From: Macrostomum lignano
Lineage: Eukaryota
Direction: 5' to 3'
Length of the DNA stretch: 64,000 nucleotides
Assembly: GCA_002269645.1 (NCBI GenBank)
Contig: NIVC01002792.1
Span: 136,603 to 200,602 of the forward strand
The notes under the pieces are model-generated. The model was given only the letters and a program-made list of their open reading frames with translations. It was not told where the DNA came from and searched no databases. Below are positions 1 to 23,310 of the stretch, piece after piece; within the stretch, counting starts at the first letter, position 1, and every line of letters starts with the position of its first letter. A program made the position numbers and the translations under genes.

Positions 1-11066
<11,066 letters not shown>

Positions 11067-11725
11067 GCTGCTGATAGTGCTGCTTCCGTAGCTCAACGCT
11101 GCTCTTCGCTCGGGTTTTCCCTGTCACTTTTTAACCCGCGCGTTGCAAAGCTGGCCTGATTGGCCCGCTAATTATCTGAGCAGCGATTGGTCGCAGCAGC
11201 CAGTCAGCAGCAGCAGCAACAGGGCTGCAGCGTGTCATTCAGTTGAAAAAAAAAAAAAAAAAACTGATTTGAAAATTGAGCCAGCCGGAGCTCATTAATT
11301 TTCCCGCCAGCAGCCAGCATGGAAACGGCGACAGGAAATCGAGGAAGCGGAAAGCTGGATTTTAATTTCAGCAGTGAGCACCCTCTCAGTTCATGGACAA
11401 GCAGCCCTTCCCAGGCCGCAACAAACAAATCAAGACTTCTGATCGATTGCCTGCATAGCTTTGATAAATTAGCCAATGCGGGTTAAATGTTCAAGTATAA
11501 TCGATTTATTTAGTTATACTACTCGAACCATCTTTAATGATGGCTAGCAGGTAACTGTTGCATGCAGCACTGTATGACTCAAAGGTTATTAAAGGCAAAA
11601 GCTTACGAAATAAAATTGCCTGATTCGAATGCATAGAATTTGGCCCTATACTACGTGTAGCTAAAATGCGAGCGGTGTTTCCAGAGTTTTCCATCCGACA
11701 GTCGAGTCCAAGCTGCAGCCCGGCA

Positions 11726-14539
11726 TCACTTGTTGTCCCCGCTCTCCGCCGCCTCGGTGGGATATTTCTCCCGGAAGTAGGCCCGGCTGGCCTCCGGGTC
11801 GGGCGCCAGGCCGGCGTCCCCCGAGTTCCAGTCGGCCGGGCAGACCTCGCCGTGCTCGTCGGTGAACCGGAAGGCCGTCAGCTGGCGGTACAGCTCGCCG
11901 ACGCTGCGGGACACCTGCGGGCAGGCGATGAAGGGTGCCCGAGGGTCAGGGTGCACCGACCCGCATCCGGGATACATTTCCCATTCTTGGTTCGGAAAGT
12001 CCCCATGCAGATAAAGATCCGCCAATCAAGGCGAACCACGAACTCTCACAATCGCACGAGCTGTCTGCAATTTCCTTGGGTAGCCGATCAACCTTCAAGT
12101 AGCCCCGGCCAATTTAATAGATTAATCATTTAACAACAATGAATGACTGAGGCCACTGTTGAACCGTTCGATTTGGCAAATTAATGCAAATTTAGCGAGT
12201 CTATAGAAACAGAGAACGCTCGGGTGCCCACGCAAGATGAAGCTTGAAGCGACGAGCCATGCAATGCACTGAGGGAGGCCCTGCAATATCAGCAAATCCG
12301 AGACAACGGCAAGCCTAATCAAGCAGAGCAGGAAGAGTTACCTAGGCTACGGGGTTGTAGCCTAGTCGTTAGAGCATTGGACTCACGATTGAAGGGTCGG
12401 GGGTTCGATTCCCAATCCCACTGGAACAATTTGCGTCCTTGCATTTAACTCTGCATTGCTTCAGTTCACCCAGCGGTAGAATGGGTGCCGGCATAAGCTG
12501 GGGTAATTGAGGATGTGTGTGGCGACCCTCTAATCTGTGGACTGAACAGCCGCACGCAGCCTTCAGATGCGCCTCGCGCTAGCTGCGGCTGAGCTGTCGG
12601 TTGCACATCTGCCCATTAGGGCAGGCGTAATTATTTATAAAAATAATTATTCCTAAATAAATGTACTCCTTCATCTACATTCAAGAGTTGGCAATAGTTC
12701 ACAAAACATATTTTTTAATTCTGCCAAAGCATTTACCAGCAAACAGTGCAAGTCGTAAATAACATATTTTTTCGGCAAGTGCAAAAATATATGAATCATT
12801 TTTTATTCTGCGCAGAGACGAAGGCGGTGAGATGAAAAGCACCAACGGCTCAGGTGAGCCCCGAGTGCTGATCAACAGTAAACACCGGCTTTGCAATCGA
12901 ATTTCTTTGACAAGCTGCAAGGGGATTAGCAGGCGGCAGTCAGGAAATAATGCAGTGATCGCCGTCAGGCATTTTCCCGAATTCAAGAGCTGCAGCGGCC
13001 TGAAGCTGCAACTCAAAGGCCTCTGTTTGTTTTGCTGATACTGGACAGACTGCAAAACCTTCCGGACAAAAGCTGCCATATCCGATTGCAGAAAACTATA
13101 CGGGTCAACAACTGACGGAGAGGCGTTCCACTTGAGCTTGGAGCAATTTATACAGAAGGCTGGGTAAACACAGGCGTTTATGGCCTTTCAAATGCCAAAG
13201 CATTGCTTCAAGACTGCGCGCAACCTTGAAAACGGAAAATAAAAAGCCCCACAAAGTCTCCTTGCGAAAGAGTGTAATCATGCCAAGAAAGTGCTGTGTT
13301 GCAGGATGCAGCCCTAATTATGTCATCAAAGAAAGGTGCATGCATTGTCTTATGTCTTCCCGAAAGAGGCCAAATGGCCCGGCCGACGCAAGTTACGTAA
13401 ATAGCCCAAGCCGACTGTCTGACCGTTTGAAAGCAGCTTCTGCTCGCCCCGTTTCTATAAAAAGCTGTCGATTTTGTTTGTCGTAACGTTTGAATGAATA
13501 AACTTGTTAACGTGACAGCATGCAGCTTCAGTTTAACTTTGTCAGCCTGGATGCATCAGTGATGTCTTACATGAAAGTCCAGGCCTCGAGATAAAAAATT
13601 ACACAAGACGTCATGCACTCTCGTAGCTCCTCACGCCCCAAAGCACCTTTGAACTGAATCTGGGTGACAATTGGCCATCCAGTTTCTTTCTCTTCTGGAG
13701 CGCTGATTGGCTGAATGGAAACTGCCCACTGTACATGTTCGCATAAGCACCGGTTTCCTTTCTACCCTCCGCTCCACCAACTCTGAGCGTAAACGACCGT
13801 TTACCGTATTTGGGACCCTGAGCTCTGTTCTTAATCTTACGTTTTTTTCAGTTTTGCAAGCGTCCCTGCTAATTCCCAGGGCCCCTTCCCTGCATGTCCG
13901 CCTCTGCTAAGCATGGAGAGTAGCTACAACCTTCGAGTTACTGGAGCCCAAGTTCAGTGGCGCTCTTGTGCAACCATAAAAGTCTCAAACTTTCGTCCGC
14001 AAAGTCGCTCGCAAGCCCCTCACCATGGCATCGTTGATGGTGAGCTGGCGCACCACCCCCTTGTCGTCAAGAATGACGTGGGCTCGGTGCAGCAGCTCCG
14101 CCTTGGCGTTCCACACACCGGCGAAGTGGCAGCTGAACCGGCCGGCGCCATCGCAGATGACGGGGAACGGCAGTTCCTGCAGGCCGCCGCGGCTGGCCGG
14201 CGTGTCCATCCAGCGCTGCACCTGGTCGACGCTGGCGTCCACCACGCCGACAACGTAAGTCTTGTGCTGATCGTGCAGCTCCTTGACCATGTCCGCTGAG
14301 ACGGCGTGAAACTCATCGAAAAGGTCGCTGCCAGAGTCGGACAGGCGGTCGACGGCCGGGCCGTGGGTCGGCAGGAACAGCAGCAGGAGGTAGCTGTGCG
14401 ACAGGCGGTAGGTGCGAAGGCTCACCTCCTGGAGACTGCCGCCGGCAACCGCGACTGCGGTGGCGTCTTCCGGGGCGACTTGGCCAACCGAGACGGGCTG
14501 GCTGGAGCTGCCGCTGGCCGGTTTGCGATAATTCGACAT
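11726..14539 (-). CDS. Peroxiredoxin-like protein (Prx1/AhpC type) lacking the peroxidatic Cys, 234 aa
   Basis: Exons 14024-14539 and 11726-11914, phase 0, GT/AG. Motifs TPASRGGLQ, RAHVILDDKGVVRQLTIND, SRSVGE, AFRFTDEHGEVCPADW and AYF match 2-Cys Prx. The FYPLDFTFVCPTE motif is replaced by FLPTHGPAVDRLSDSG. Confidence 0.88.
12351..12630 (+). mobile_element. tRNA-derived SINE with conserved central domain, in the Prx-like intron
   Basis: tRNA-like head with A box (TAGCCTAGTCG) and B box (GGTTCGATTCC) but a broken T stem. It is followed by GCATTTAACTC..TTGCTTCAGTTCACCCAGCGGTAGAATGGGTGCCGGC, which resembles conserved invertebrate SINE cores. Confidence 0.75.
13280..13490 (+). pseudogene. Degenerate THAP-domain remnant, probably from a P-element-like transposon
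   Basis: MPRKCCVAGCSPNY resembles the THAP N-terminus. YVFPKE follows in another frame, and the rest is decayed. Confidence 0.4.
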
Positions 14540-16581
14540 TTTTGTAACTTGAATTACAGATTTACGAGTATTCTGCCGTAGTGTACGTGCTGTTGTGTAG
14601 TCACCAGGACTTGCGAGTGTGATCTGTCAGGATATATGCACTTGTAGGTCCTGGTGGCAATTGGCACAAATCCCGAGTCTATGGCCCAAGTAAACTCACC
14701 GCTTTGAAAGTACTTTTTTACGCAGCGAAAGGCAAGCAGAGCAAAAAAATGTGATCACGATGTCACGCGCGAGCCTATCTAAACAATCTATTTTTGAGTT
14801 AAACTGACGAGCTGCACTTTCTACCGCAGCGAATCGGCACGCACAATGTTACAGTTGTGCCATACCTCGACAACAGTTATTATAAATAATGTGATGGTAA
14901 AGCTGAGACAAGATGTTTTTGGAAGGCTTCCACGCTATCGTGATGCAGAATATTTTTGTTAGGATCAAAGGGAAGAAGAGTGATGGAATTAATTACAGTC
15001 TCGATTTCCAGCCTCGAAGAAGCGTAGAGCATCGGCAGGTCGGTCGGGAATGGAAATAATTGCTGCATGCAATTCAAGGCAGCAAAAGAAGATCCGTGTT
15101 AATCAAGCTTCCTTTTGCGGGCGTGATAACCAGACCCAATTTGGCATAATTGTTCGAGGCTGTGTTGCTTTTGGTGTCAAAAAAGCATCCTGAGTATGTC
15201 TTGATGAACGCGGCATTTAAATCTCAGTGATGATAAGTGAATGAATTATTGAATCGATATTTCTTTCATTTTTTTCATTGCTTGCGGAGGCATCGCCACC
15301 GGGAGGGGGGCGCAGGGTCCCCCAGTAAAAGAAATGGAGGGACAAGACAATGCTTTAGACATTTAGACATTTCTTGGGTACAATTTTGAAATGCTCATAA
15401 CTTTTGGCAGGTACATTGGTATTGCTGTGAAATTTTATGCTTCAAATAAAAACCAGCGTGAAAGAGAATATGGGTAAAGTTTTAACTTATTTAAACAATC
15501 CTGCTGTCCACGGTGAACAGAGTCCGGGAAACTGTTTTTCAAATTTTAGCACGGAAAAAGTCCGAGAGTCAATAAGGACTCGGTGTCAATCAACAACAGG
15601 ATGAACACTGGCTAATGATCACGCACTTATTTCGCTTTAATTACTGCATGATCGACAGCTGAGTTAGTTGCATGCCGCATGACGCAGAACAACATCGGTA
15701 CTGCGAAGACTAAAGGTCGATCTCAAACTCAAGCTCAGTAGGAGGTCAATCGATCTCAGTGAACACCCTTATAAAAGGATGCTGTGTACCGACTAGCCGA
15801 CCAGCAGCTCCTTCGGGAGCGGATGCATTTGCGGACTGGGGCAGGGATTGTACCGATTCACTGCAGCTTTAATCCACTGTAGCAATCCAAGCAAGATGTG
15901 CACAAAAGGACGAAGCTAATTTCCTGTTGGTGCAGCTTTAATTCGCTATAATAAAACATTGAGTTGTCCATTGGTGTAATAAAAGTAAGAGTATATTCGC
16001 CTCAATGGCACAGGACAAAGTCCGGGCTGCACAGCCTTACACAGGATGCACTTCTGCGCCGATAATTCTTGTTGACAGTGTCAGAGTGGGCGTTGCACAC
16101 CTACGCATTAGGGGTTGGCCCTCTGCAGCAGCGGGAATCGGATAGGCACCAAGCGATGTCTCCAAGCTTGTATCAAACGAAGAATCCTCTACGAGGAAAT
16201 TACTCGTAGGAAAACGGAGCCTAAAGAATTCGTGGACAGGCAAGGCGATGATGGATAACGGGCATGCAGGAAAGTACTGAGCAAACTAAGGATTATCGCG
16301 GCATGTTAAGCTGAGTGACACGTTTGATATTAGGAAGCCTTCTTAATTACCCGAACCAATTTACAAGCGATCTTATCAGAACTACCCTTATTTAAACATT
16401 TAGAGTTTAATTGCAGAATCAGATCAAGGCCGCACTGCCTTACTATAAGCAGTATGAGGCGGTCGATGTTAGTCAACGATTTTAAATCTACACTGTCTCG
16501 AAGTCGAATGGCTCATGCTTTGTAAGTACATCATATTCTCATGGCGCATTAGGGGGCATCCTTCCAGTGTCGTCATGACCC

Positions 16582-16915
16582 GATTACGGGCGATTCTTCT
16601 GATGTTCTCGTGGCGGATTACGGGCGATTCTTCTGATGTTCTCGTGGTGGATTAGGGGCGATTCTTCTGATGTTCTCATGGCGGATTAGGGGCGATTCTT
16701 CTGATGTTCTCGTGGCGGATTAGGGGCGATTCTTCTGATGTTCTCGTGGCGGATTAGGGGCGATTCTTCTGATGTTCTCGTGGCGGATTAGGGGCGATTC
16801 TTCTGATGTTCTCATGGCGGATTAGGGGCGATTCTTCTGATGTTCTCATGGCGGATTAGGGGCGATTCTTTTGATGTTCTCGTGGCGGATTAGGGGCGAT
16901 TTTTTGTTCTCATAA
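16582..16915. repeat. 34-bp minisatellite, about 10 copies
   Basis: Unit GCGGATTAGGGGCGATTCTTCTGATGTTCTCGTG. Confidence 0.95.
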
Positions 16916-17238
16916 CGGATTCGAGACAATCATTTGCTACTTTCAGGGTATAAAAGGGTATCCTTTCAATGTTCAAATTAAGGATTAAGGGCAGTTCTCA
17001 GCGGACTTTACTTAGGTGACTTGACTTGAAGATGAGCCAACGCAAAGGAAAATCAATGAAATCAGCAACATCAAAACACGGAGAACAGAAAAAGTATTTC
17101 CAGTGAAAGCAACAGCCAAGTGAAACATGGGGCTTCAGCCAATTAGCATTCAATTATATTGTCCTAACAATTCCAGTCCTGCAAGTTCAGGTGCGGTCTC
17201 AGTGAACGCGCACCAAAAGTTGATTGATTTGAACAAAT

Positions 17239-20200
17239 TCACTCCAGGACCTCCGCTCGCTTCTGCGCCACGCGCTCCTGGCGCCGCTTCCTGGCCTCCC
17301 TGGCGCGGGTCCGCCTGGCCTCGGCCTGGTCCATAAGCTGCTTAGTGCGAGCCCGCTCCGCCTTCTTCCTGTGGATGTGCTCAACCAGGACGCGCTTGTT
17401 CTTGAATCCGTTGCCCTTGCAGCTCATGTACAGCTGGTGGTACAGGTGCTTGTCGAGCTTCTTGGCCTCGCGGTAGCGCTTGAGCAGGCGGCGAAGGACG
17501 CGCATGCGGCGCATCCAGAGCACCTTCTCGGGCATGCGGGCGTTAGCCGTGCCCTTGCGCTTGCCCTGGCCCATGTGGCGGCCCTTGCGCCTGGCGATCA
17601 GGTTCTTGCGGCAGCGGGCGCGCGAGTGGACAGCTACCGGCTTGCGGATGATCAGGCCGTCCTTGACGAGCTTGCGGATGTTCTGCCGGCTGTTGGCATT
17701 GGCGATTTCGCTGTTCTCGTTGGGGTCCAGCCAGATCTTAGCTTTGCCGCACTTGAGAACCGCGGCGGCCAGGCGCTTCTGTAGGCGCAGGTTGCTAGGT
17801 GGTGGAGAGGGCAGGGGCGATTGGGAATGAGGATTAATATGATTGCAGCCTGAATTACAGTGGCATTTGCGATCTTGAGTACAGTGTTGAACAATAAAAC
17901 AGAATACAACAATATATAAAAATAAGATATAATTTAATTTACAAACCAGCCAGTGTTTTTGTCTATCAGCTATGCTAGCCTATAGTGCAAGACCTTCACT
18001 ATAGCAAAGCACTAAATTAGATACCAAAAGTACCAAGCATAAGATACAATAGAATAAAAAATTTGCAGCCATAGCTAAAACCAAAAGTACAGCAAAGCTT
18101 TTGAGTATTTTTGAAATCATATCCTATGATTTTATCCTAGCTTGGAAAGAAGTTTGAATTTATAATTTATAATATTTTGATATAGTAAACCTAAACTACA
18201 AAACATGAAAATGTAATCTTTTTCAGTTACAGAGTGGCCTAAAGAGCTTTTTAAGAATCTGGGCAGTGTGGTAATTACTGTTTTAGCAGCTGTTTCTTGT
18301 TAGTTATATTATCATTATATACAGTCTATTATGCATACTAGAACAAAAATCTATATTAGGCAAATAAATGCCTGTTTATGCAAAAAACAGAACAATTCCT
18401 TAAAACACTGTATATGCAAAAATCTCTTAAAGGAAATCAGCTGACTTTTTTATGAGAACAAAACTAAATGAACTCTTGGCTAGGTGAATCCCAAGGTTGC
18501 ACATGTATGTGCACAAGCTTAGGAATCACCTGATTATTTCTATTGGCAACATGCACATGTAAGTTGCAATTGGTTAAGAGTAATCATGTGACTACCAACT
18601 ATTTTGTCCAATAGTAGCATGTTAATTTAGATTATATAATAAGACACACACAGAGTTTTGATTTTTATAGGTTGAGATTTTTGTTAGCTTTAGTAGACTG
18701 AATACTAACTAAATAAGAAATCGATTGTCAAAACTGCTTTGTGTGACTTTTACTTTAATTGACTTGATTTGAATGTTGAATTACAAGTGCTATAATTCAT
18801 ATTATTGAAACAAAAAAGAGCTAGCCTAGAAGTGAACATACATGCGCAACAGTCGGCCGAGTCAGCCGATCTGGCTGACTGATTTGGCGGCCAACCAAGG
18901 AAGTCGCAAAAATGCCCACCCGAAAAATACCGAAGTATTGGTACTAAGTAGCTGACGAGGCATTTTGACTTAATAAGACAGTCATAGTTACTCCTGCCGT
19001 TTACCCAAAGTTGCCTTAATTTTGCGTTAGGGTTTTTTACATGTAAGTTGCATTTTTGACCAAAAACTATGTCGCATTTTTGTTAAAACTAAGTCGCATG
19101 GCCGACCGAATTTTAGAGGCTGCGCATGTATGGAAGGGAATAGATTGAACTGCTAATGTAGCAAAATAGCAATGCAGATTTGAATACTAAGGGAAACTTG
19201 CTATAGGAGGAATGCTAGCTATCTGGGGTTGCTTGCTTTATATAAGGGTTGTTTGCTTTTGGGGATGCTTGTTTGGGAGAATTGCTCAAATGTCGAGACT
19301 TACTAAAATAATAACCTGAATAACTGAGATATCAAGGCTTACTAGAGAAATTGCTAAGATACTCTCCGAATTTCCCTTTGTAATATTTTCCCAATCCCTT
19401 CTCTTCGTAAGTTTCTGAGCACTGTCACTCCCTTTTCCTTAAAATAACTAACTCAACAAGATTTCAAAGTTTATCTGAGAATATAGAACGAACCAATATT
19501 ATAGCGCACGAATATTTCAAGAGCAAAAAAAGGTTACTTTTATTTGGCAAAAATCACTCGTATATATACTGTTTTAGATGGCTATGTTTATAACAAAAAT
19601 ATTTATCGATAATATTTTGCGTGGTAAAACAAATGCTAAAATTAGTTTCTAGTTTGCGCGCGAATTTAACATGGTTATAAATCAGCTAATTTACATGTAT
19701 GAATCGTAATAGGCATTTTATTAGGCACAAAGAATAGTAAAGGTAATTAACAGAAACATACACTAGCACATATATAAAACTAAACACAAACAACTGCACA
19801 ATCTTAGCTATAGGGATAAGCTAAACATTATTGACATGGATCTATGTGGATAAAATTGGAATTATTGACATGGCCTATAGACTTGAATGGTACAGTGGCA
19901 GCTATTATAATAAGCTGCCATGGGGATAACCTAGAAATTATCGACATGGATCCATGTGGATAAAATTATAATTATTGACATAGCCTATAGACCTGAATGG
20001 TGGCAGCTATTTCAAAAAGCTGCTGTGGGGATAAGCTGGAAATTATCAACATGTATACGTATAGATAAAATTGGAATTATTAGTATGGGACTGGCTTGCT
20101 AAGGGAATTGCAAAAATGTCAAGTCTTAAAGAGTCTTAGGGTGGGAATAGCTGATGTCGGGCTTTAAATTGCTTAGATTTCAAGGCTTAAGCTACTTGGG

Positions 20201-22086
20201 GAATTGCTAAGATATAAAGGCTAAGGTCAGAAGCTATATATATAGATATTAAAAAATTATTATATCCTTTTTTGCTCCCCAATAGGTAAGAAGAGATTGC
20301 TTGTTTTATTCTAGACACTTTAAATAAATAGCACTTAGGCCTATTATATTATGCAATTTAAACTCCTATATATCTCATTGAAAGAGGGTAAATATTAGGA
20401 GGTTAATTAACTAATAGCCTGAAAGTTAATTAACACAATTTTAGACAAATAAGTTTCCAGTTTATTTGTCTGCTGAAATATTTTCTTTTAAAATTGTTTG
20501 CTAAAAATTGCAGGAACCAAACAAATACAAGATCAAAAAGTTCTGCAACCTTTTGTTATAGCTTTTTAGTTATAGAATCGGCAAAAGCCAAAAACTTACA
20601 CATATGTGGCTATATCTGTTTGCTATATTTATATGCATTTTTGGCTTCCAAATGTGCTCCAGTAAAATTTCACAGCGATATATTTTCCATGTGATTTCAG
20701 TAGCTGATGGAAACAACAAAAGACAGTGTTAGCTTCTTATATCTTTATGTATATGCAACTTGGTTGCAAAGTGACTGAGATTCATACCAATCTGGTGAAT
20801 GTTTTAGCTGACTCTGCTCCATCATTTGACATGGTTGCCCACTGGCTATGCCATTTCTTGGAAGGCTGGGACAGCTTCAACAATGAACTGAGGTCTAGCC
20901 AACCTTGGACATCTGTGACCAAAGATGTAGTGGCCCATGCCGATGCAATAATTTATGAGGATTGGAGCATTACGCTAAGATTCCTTGCTTATGAGTTTAG
21001 TATCAGCTATAGAAGTGCTCATAACATCATGCATGAGCAACTGGGCCGCACAAAGACCTGCACTCAGTAGGTATCCCATCTTCTCACTCTGGAGCAGCAA
21101 GCAGTGAGGGTGCGCATCTGTTGCTTGTGGGTGCAAATGTTTGAGCCCTATGGCCCACGACGACTGTCATATATCATCACAGGAGACGGATTTTGGATCT
21201 CCTTCTTTTACCATGAAAGATAAGCAGTCCAACATGGTCTGGCTGGCAGAAGATAAGCCCGAGGCCCAAGGTGCTGAAAACCAAATTATGCAGTCGGCAG
21301 CGGATATTCACCATTTTTCAACTTTCAGGGTGTTGTATCAGTAAACATCCTTCTAGTGGGTGCCACAGTGACTGCCAGGTACTACATAGACACTGTTCTA
21401 CCAGGCGTGCTGCAAGAGCGGCAGGAATGTGCGCGAACCAGTCATGGACCTTGACTCCTGCTAGGCCTACACCATAACAATATAGCATTGCATAAAGCAG
21501 CATCAATCATGGTGTACCTGGAGCAGCAGGGGGTCCGGCTGCTGCCCCATCCACCCTACTCTCCAGACTTAGCACCATGCAACTTTTGGCTGTTCCCGAG
21601 GATCAAATCCGTCATTTCTGGGAGGCCATTTTCACACATACGACCTTGCCCAAGCAGTACATTTAGCTCTACAGGGAATAGGCTACCAACTTCGGAGTAC
21701 TATGACTGCTTTCAGACATGGTGCATACACATTGCGATGGTGCATAGTCACATAGATAGTGGTGGAAAGTACTTTGAGGGAATGTGACACTGATTAGATG
21801 CCGTGGCTACTGTAACACTGAGTTGTGAGGTCACTTGCAGAACTTTTTGATCACCCCTCCTATTTTCAGTGAATGTCAGTGGACATTGGTATATTGCATT
21901 AGAATACAAATATAATATGGATGGGGACGAAGTGTAGGCTAGGCTATGATAAAAAAATTAAAAAATATTTAAATTGGACACTTATTAATTAGATATCAGA
22001 CTGGCAGTTTTCACAATAGACCCTAGTTAGGCCTAATTCAACATGTAATTTAAGCAAAAAATAATGAAAGAGCAGTCTTACCTCAT
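17239..22086 (-). CDS. RPL19: 60S ribosomal protein L19 (eL19)
   Basis: Main exon 17239-17794 encodes [26 protein letters not shown]...[18 protein letters not shown]...[17 protein letters not shown]. It needs a phase-2 ATGAG first exon; the best candidate is 22082-22086 (ATGAG|GTAAGA), preceded by a TOP-like CTTCTTTT. The main exon is certain; exon 1 is only moderately supported. Confidence 0.9.
18837..19132. mobile_element. hAT-type MITE (296 bp) carrying a 28S rDNA fragment, copy 1
   Basis: Terminal inverted repeats CATACATGCGCA...TGCGCATGTATG; 8-bp TSD GAAGTGAA/GAAGGGAA; near-identical to 42674-42970. Confidence 0.9.
19810..20085. repeat. Diverged direct repeat of roughly 105-110 bp, about 2.5 copies
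   Basis: Recurring GGGATAA..ATT(A)TxGACATGGATC.ATGTGGATAAAATT..AATTATTGACAT.GCCTATAGAC blocks. Confidence 0.75.
20526..21862 (+). mobile_element. Dead mariner (Tc1/mariner) transposon
   Basis: Inverted termini GATCAAAAAGTTCTGCAA / TTGCAGAACTTTTTGATCA with TA ends. Transposase fragments with stops and frameshifts: [28 protein letters not shown], and an N-terminal HTH at 20726-21070. Confidence 0.9.
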
Positions 22087-23310
22087 TCTTCAAAAGAAGT
22101 ATATGGCCAAATCAGGGCCTTTGCTAAAGAATGTATTTTACTCCTAATTATACAGTCAGCGCTCACCAATGCTAAATTTAATAATATTTACATGTAAACG
22201 TTCCGTCATTTGTCTTGCACTAAGGTAATTTTTTTCCTTTACAAAGATAAAAAAGTTTAATTTAATTTATTTATTAAAAAACATTAAAACTTTTAAACAA
22301 TTTTAGCTGAGCAAAGTGTCGTATCTTTTGTTAATATTGTTGGTCCTTAAATTTAATGTGGCCGCAGTTTTTTAAATATTATCATAAATAAAAATTAAAA
22401 AAACTACTTATTATATTGCCAGATATCTCTTTACAATTCGATATTTGATATTGACTGATTAATACCTATATACGTATTTTTATCACCTACTAGATGCATT
22501 GCCCTCCATCAAGTTTATGCAGTACCCGTTTTATAATTCCTTATATACTTTTCGTTTAGTTAGCCGTTAAACTTAAAGTTCGTCCGAAGATTCTTAGAAT
22601 TTTTTTACAAAACTCTTACTTTAAAGGTACCCTACTGGCCTCCTCTTGAATTATTATTAAATTCATAGAATTATAGCCCGGGCGAAACATGCTTTTTGCC
22701 TGAGCCAAACTTACTACTACTACCACTACTTTCAATCCTAGTTTGAACCATGAACTGTCTGTTCATATAGTATAGGCCTAGCCTGAGCCACTAAATCTAA
22801 TTCTTATCTACTAAAAAAACTTTAAATAATTTTTATTAACTAAGGCTTTGCCATTTTTACTTTATTCGCTTTGCTTTTAGTATTAATGCTTCAAAGTTAT
22901 ATTTGTTTACTGGAGCAAGCTTTTTGTCAAAGCTATTCTTTATTGGCATTGATATTCAGTTCAGGCAAATTGTGGCAATCATCTAGTTTTGCATGTTTAG
23001 TTATTTTTCAAAAAGTGGCTTTATTAGTTATTGCAAGTAAATATTTTAACTTGCACAAGTGTAAGTACTAAGATGTGGCAGTGATATGGCAGATGTTGAT
23101 GTTATGTCTATGGTTATTATTTATTAGGCCTAGTTTAAGATTGCTAAATCCAAGTGTAAAAAATATTGTCTGGAGGACGTTGGTATTTATGAGTCTTGAC
23201 TTACTTGACTTAGCTGCAGGGGGCGTCCGGCGGATGCAGCGAGGAGGCGGAGGAGACCGCCCATTCCGCTAGCCCCTGGCAACCAACGACTTCCGTTGAA
23301 GTGGTGTCGC

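Noticed and set aside
11067-11725. Prx-like and sGC genes as a trans-spliced operon (co-oriented, about 660 bp apart)
   Set aside because: There is no polypyrimidine-AG acceptor just upstream of the sGC ATG, and two CCAAT boxes near 11157-11190 suggest its own promoter.
12351-12422. Functional tRNA gene
   Set aside because: The T stem is about 3 nt short, the anticodon stem pairs poorly, and it runs directly into a SINE-like body.
18943-19006. rRNA gene
   Set aside because: Only 64 bp, diverged, and embedded in a TIR/TSD-bounded element; reported as a captured fragment instead.
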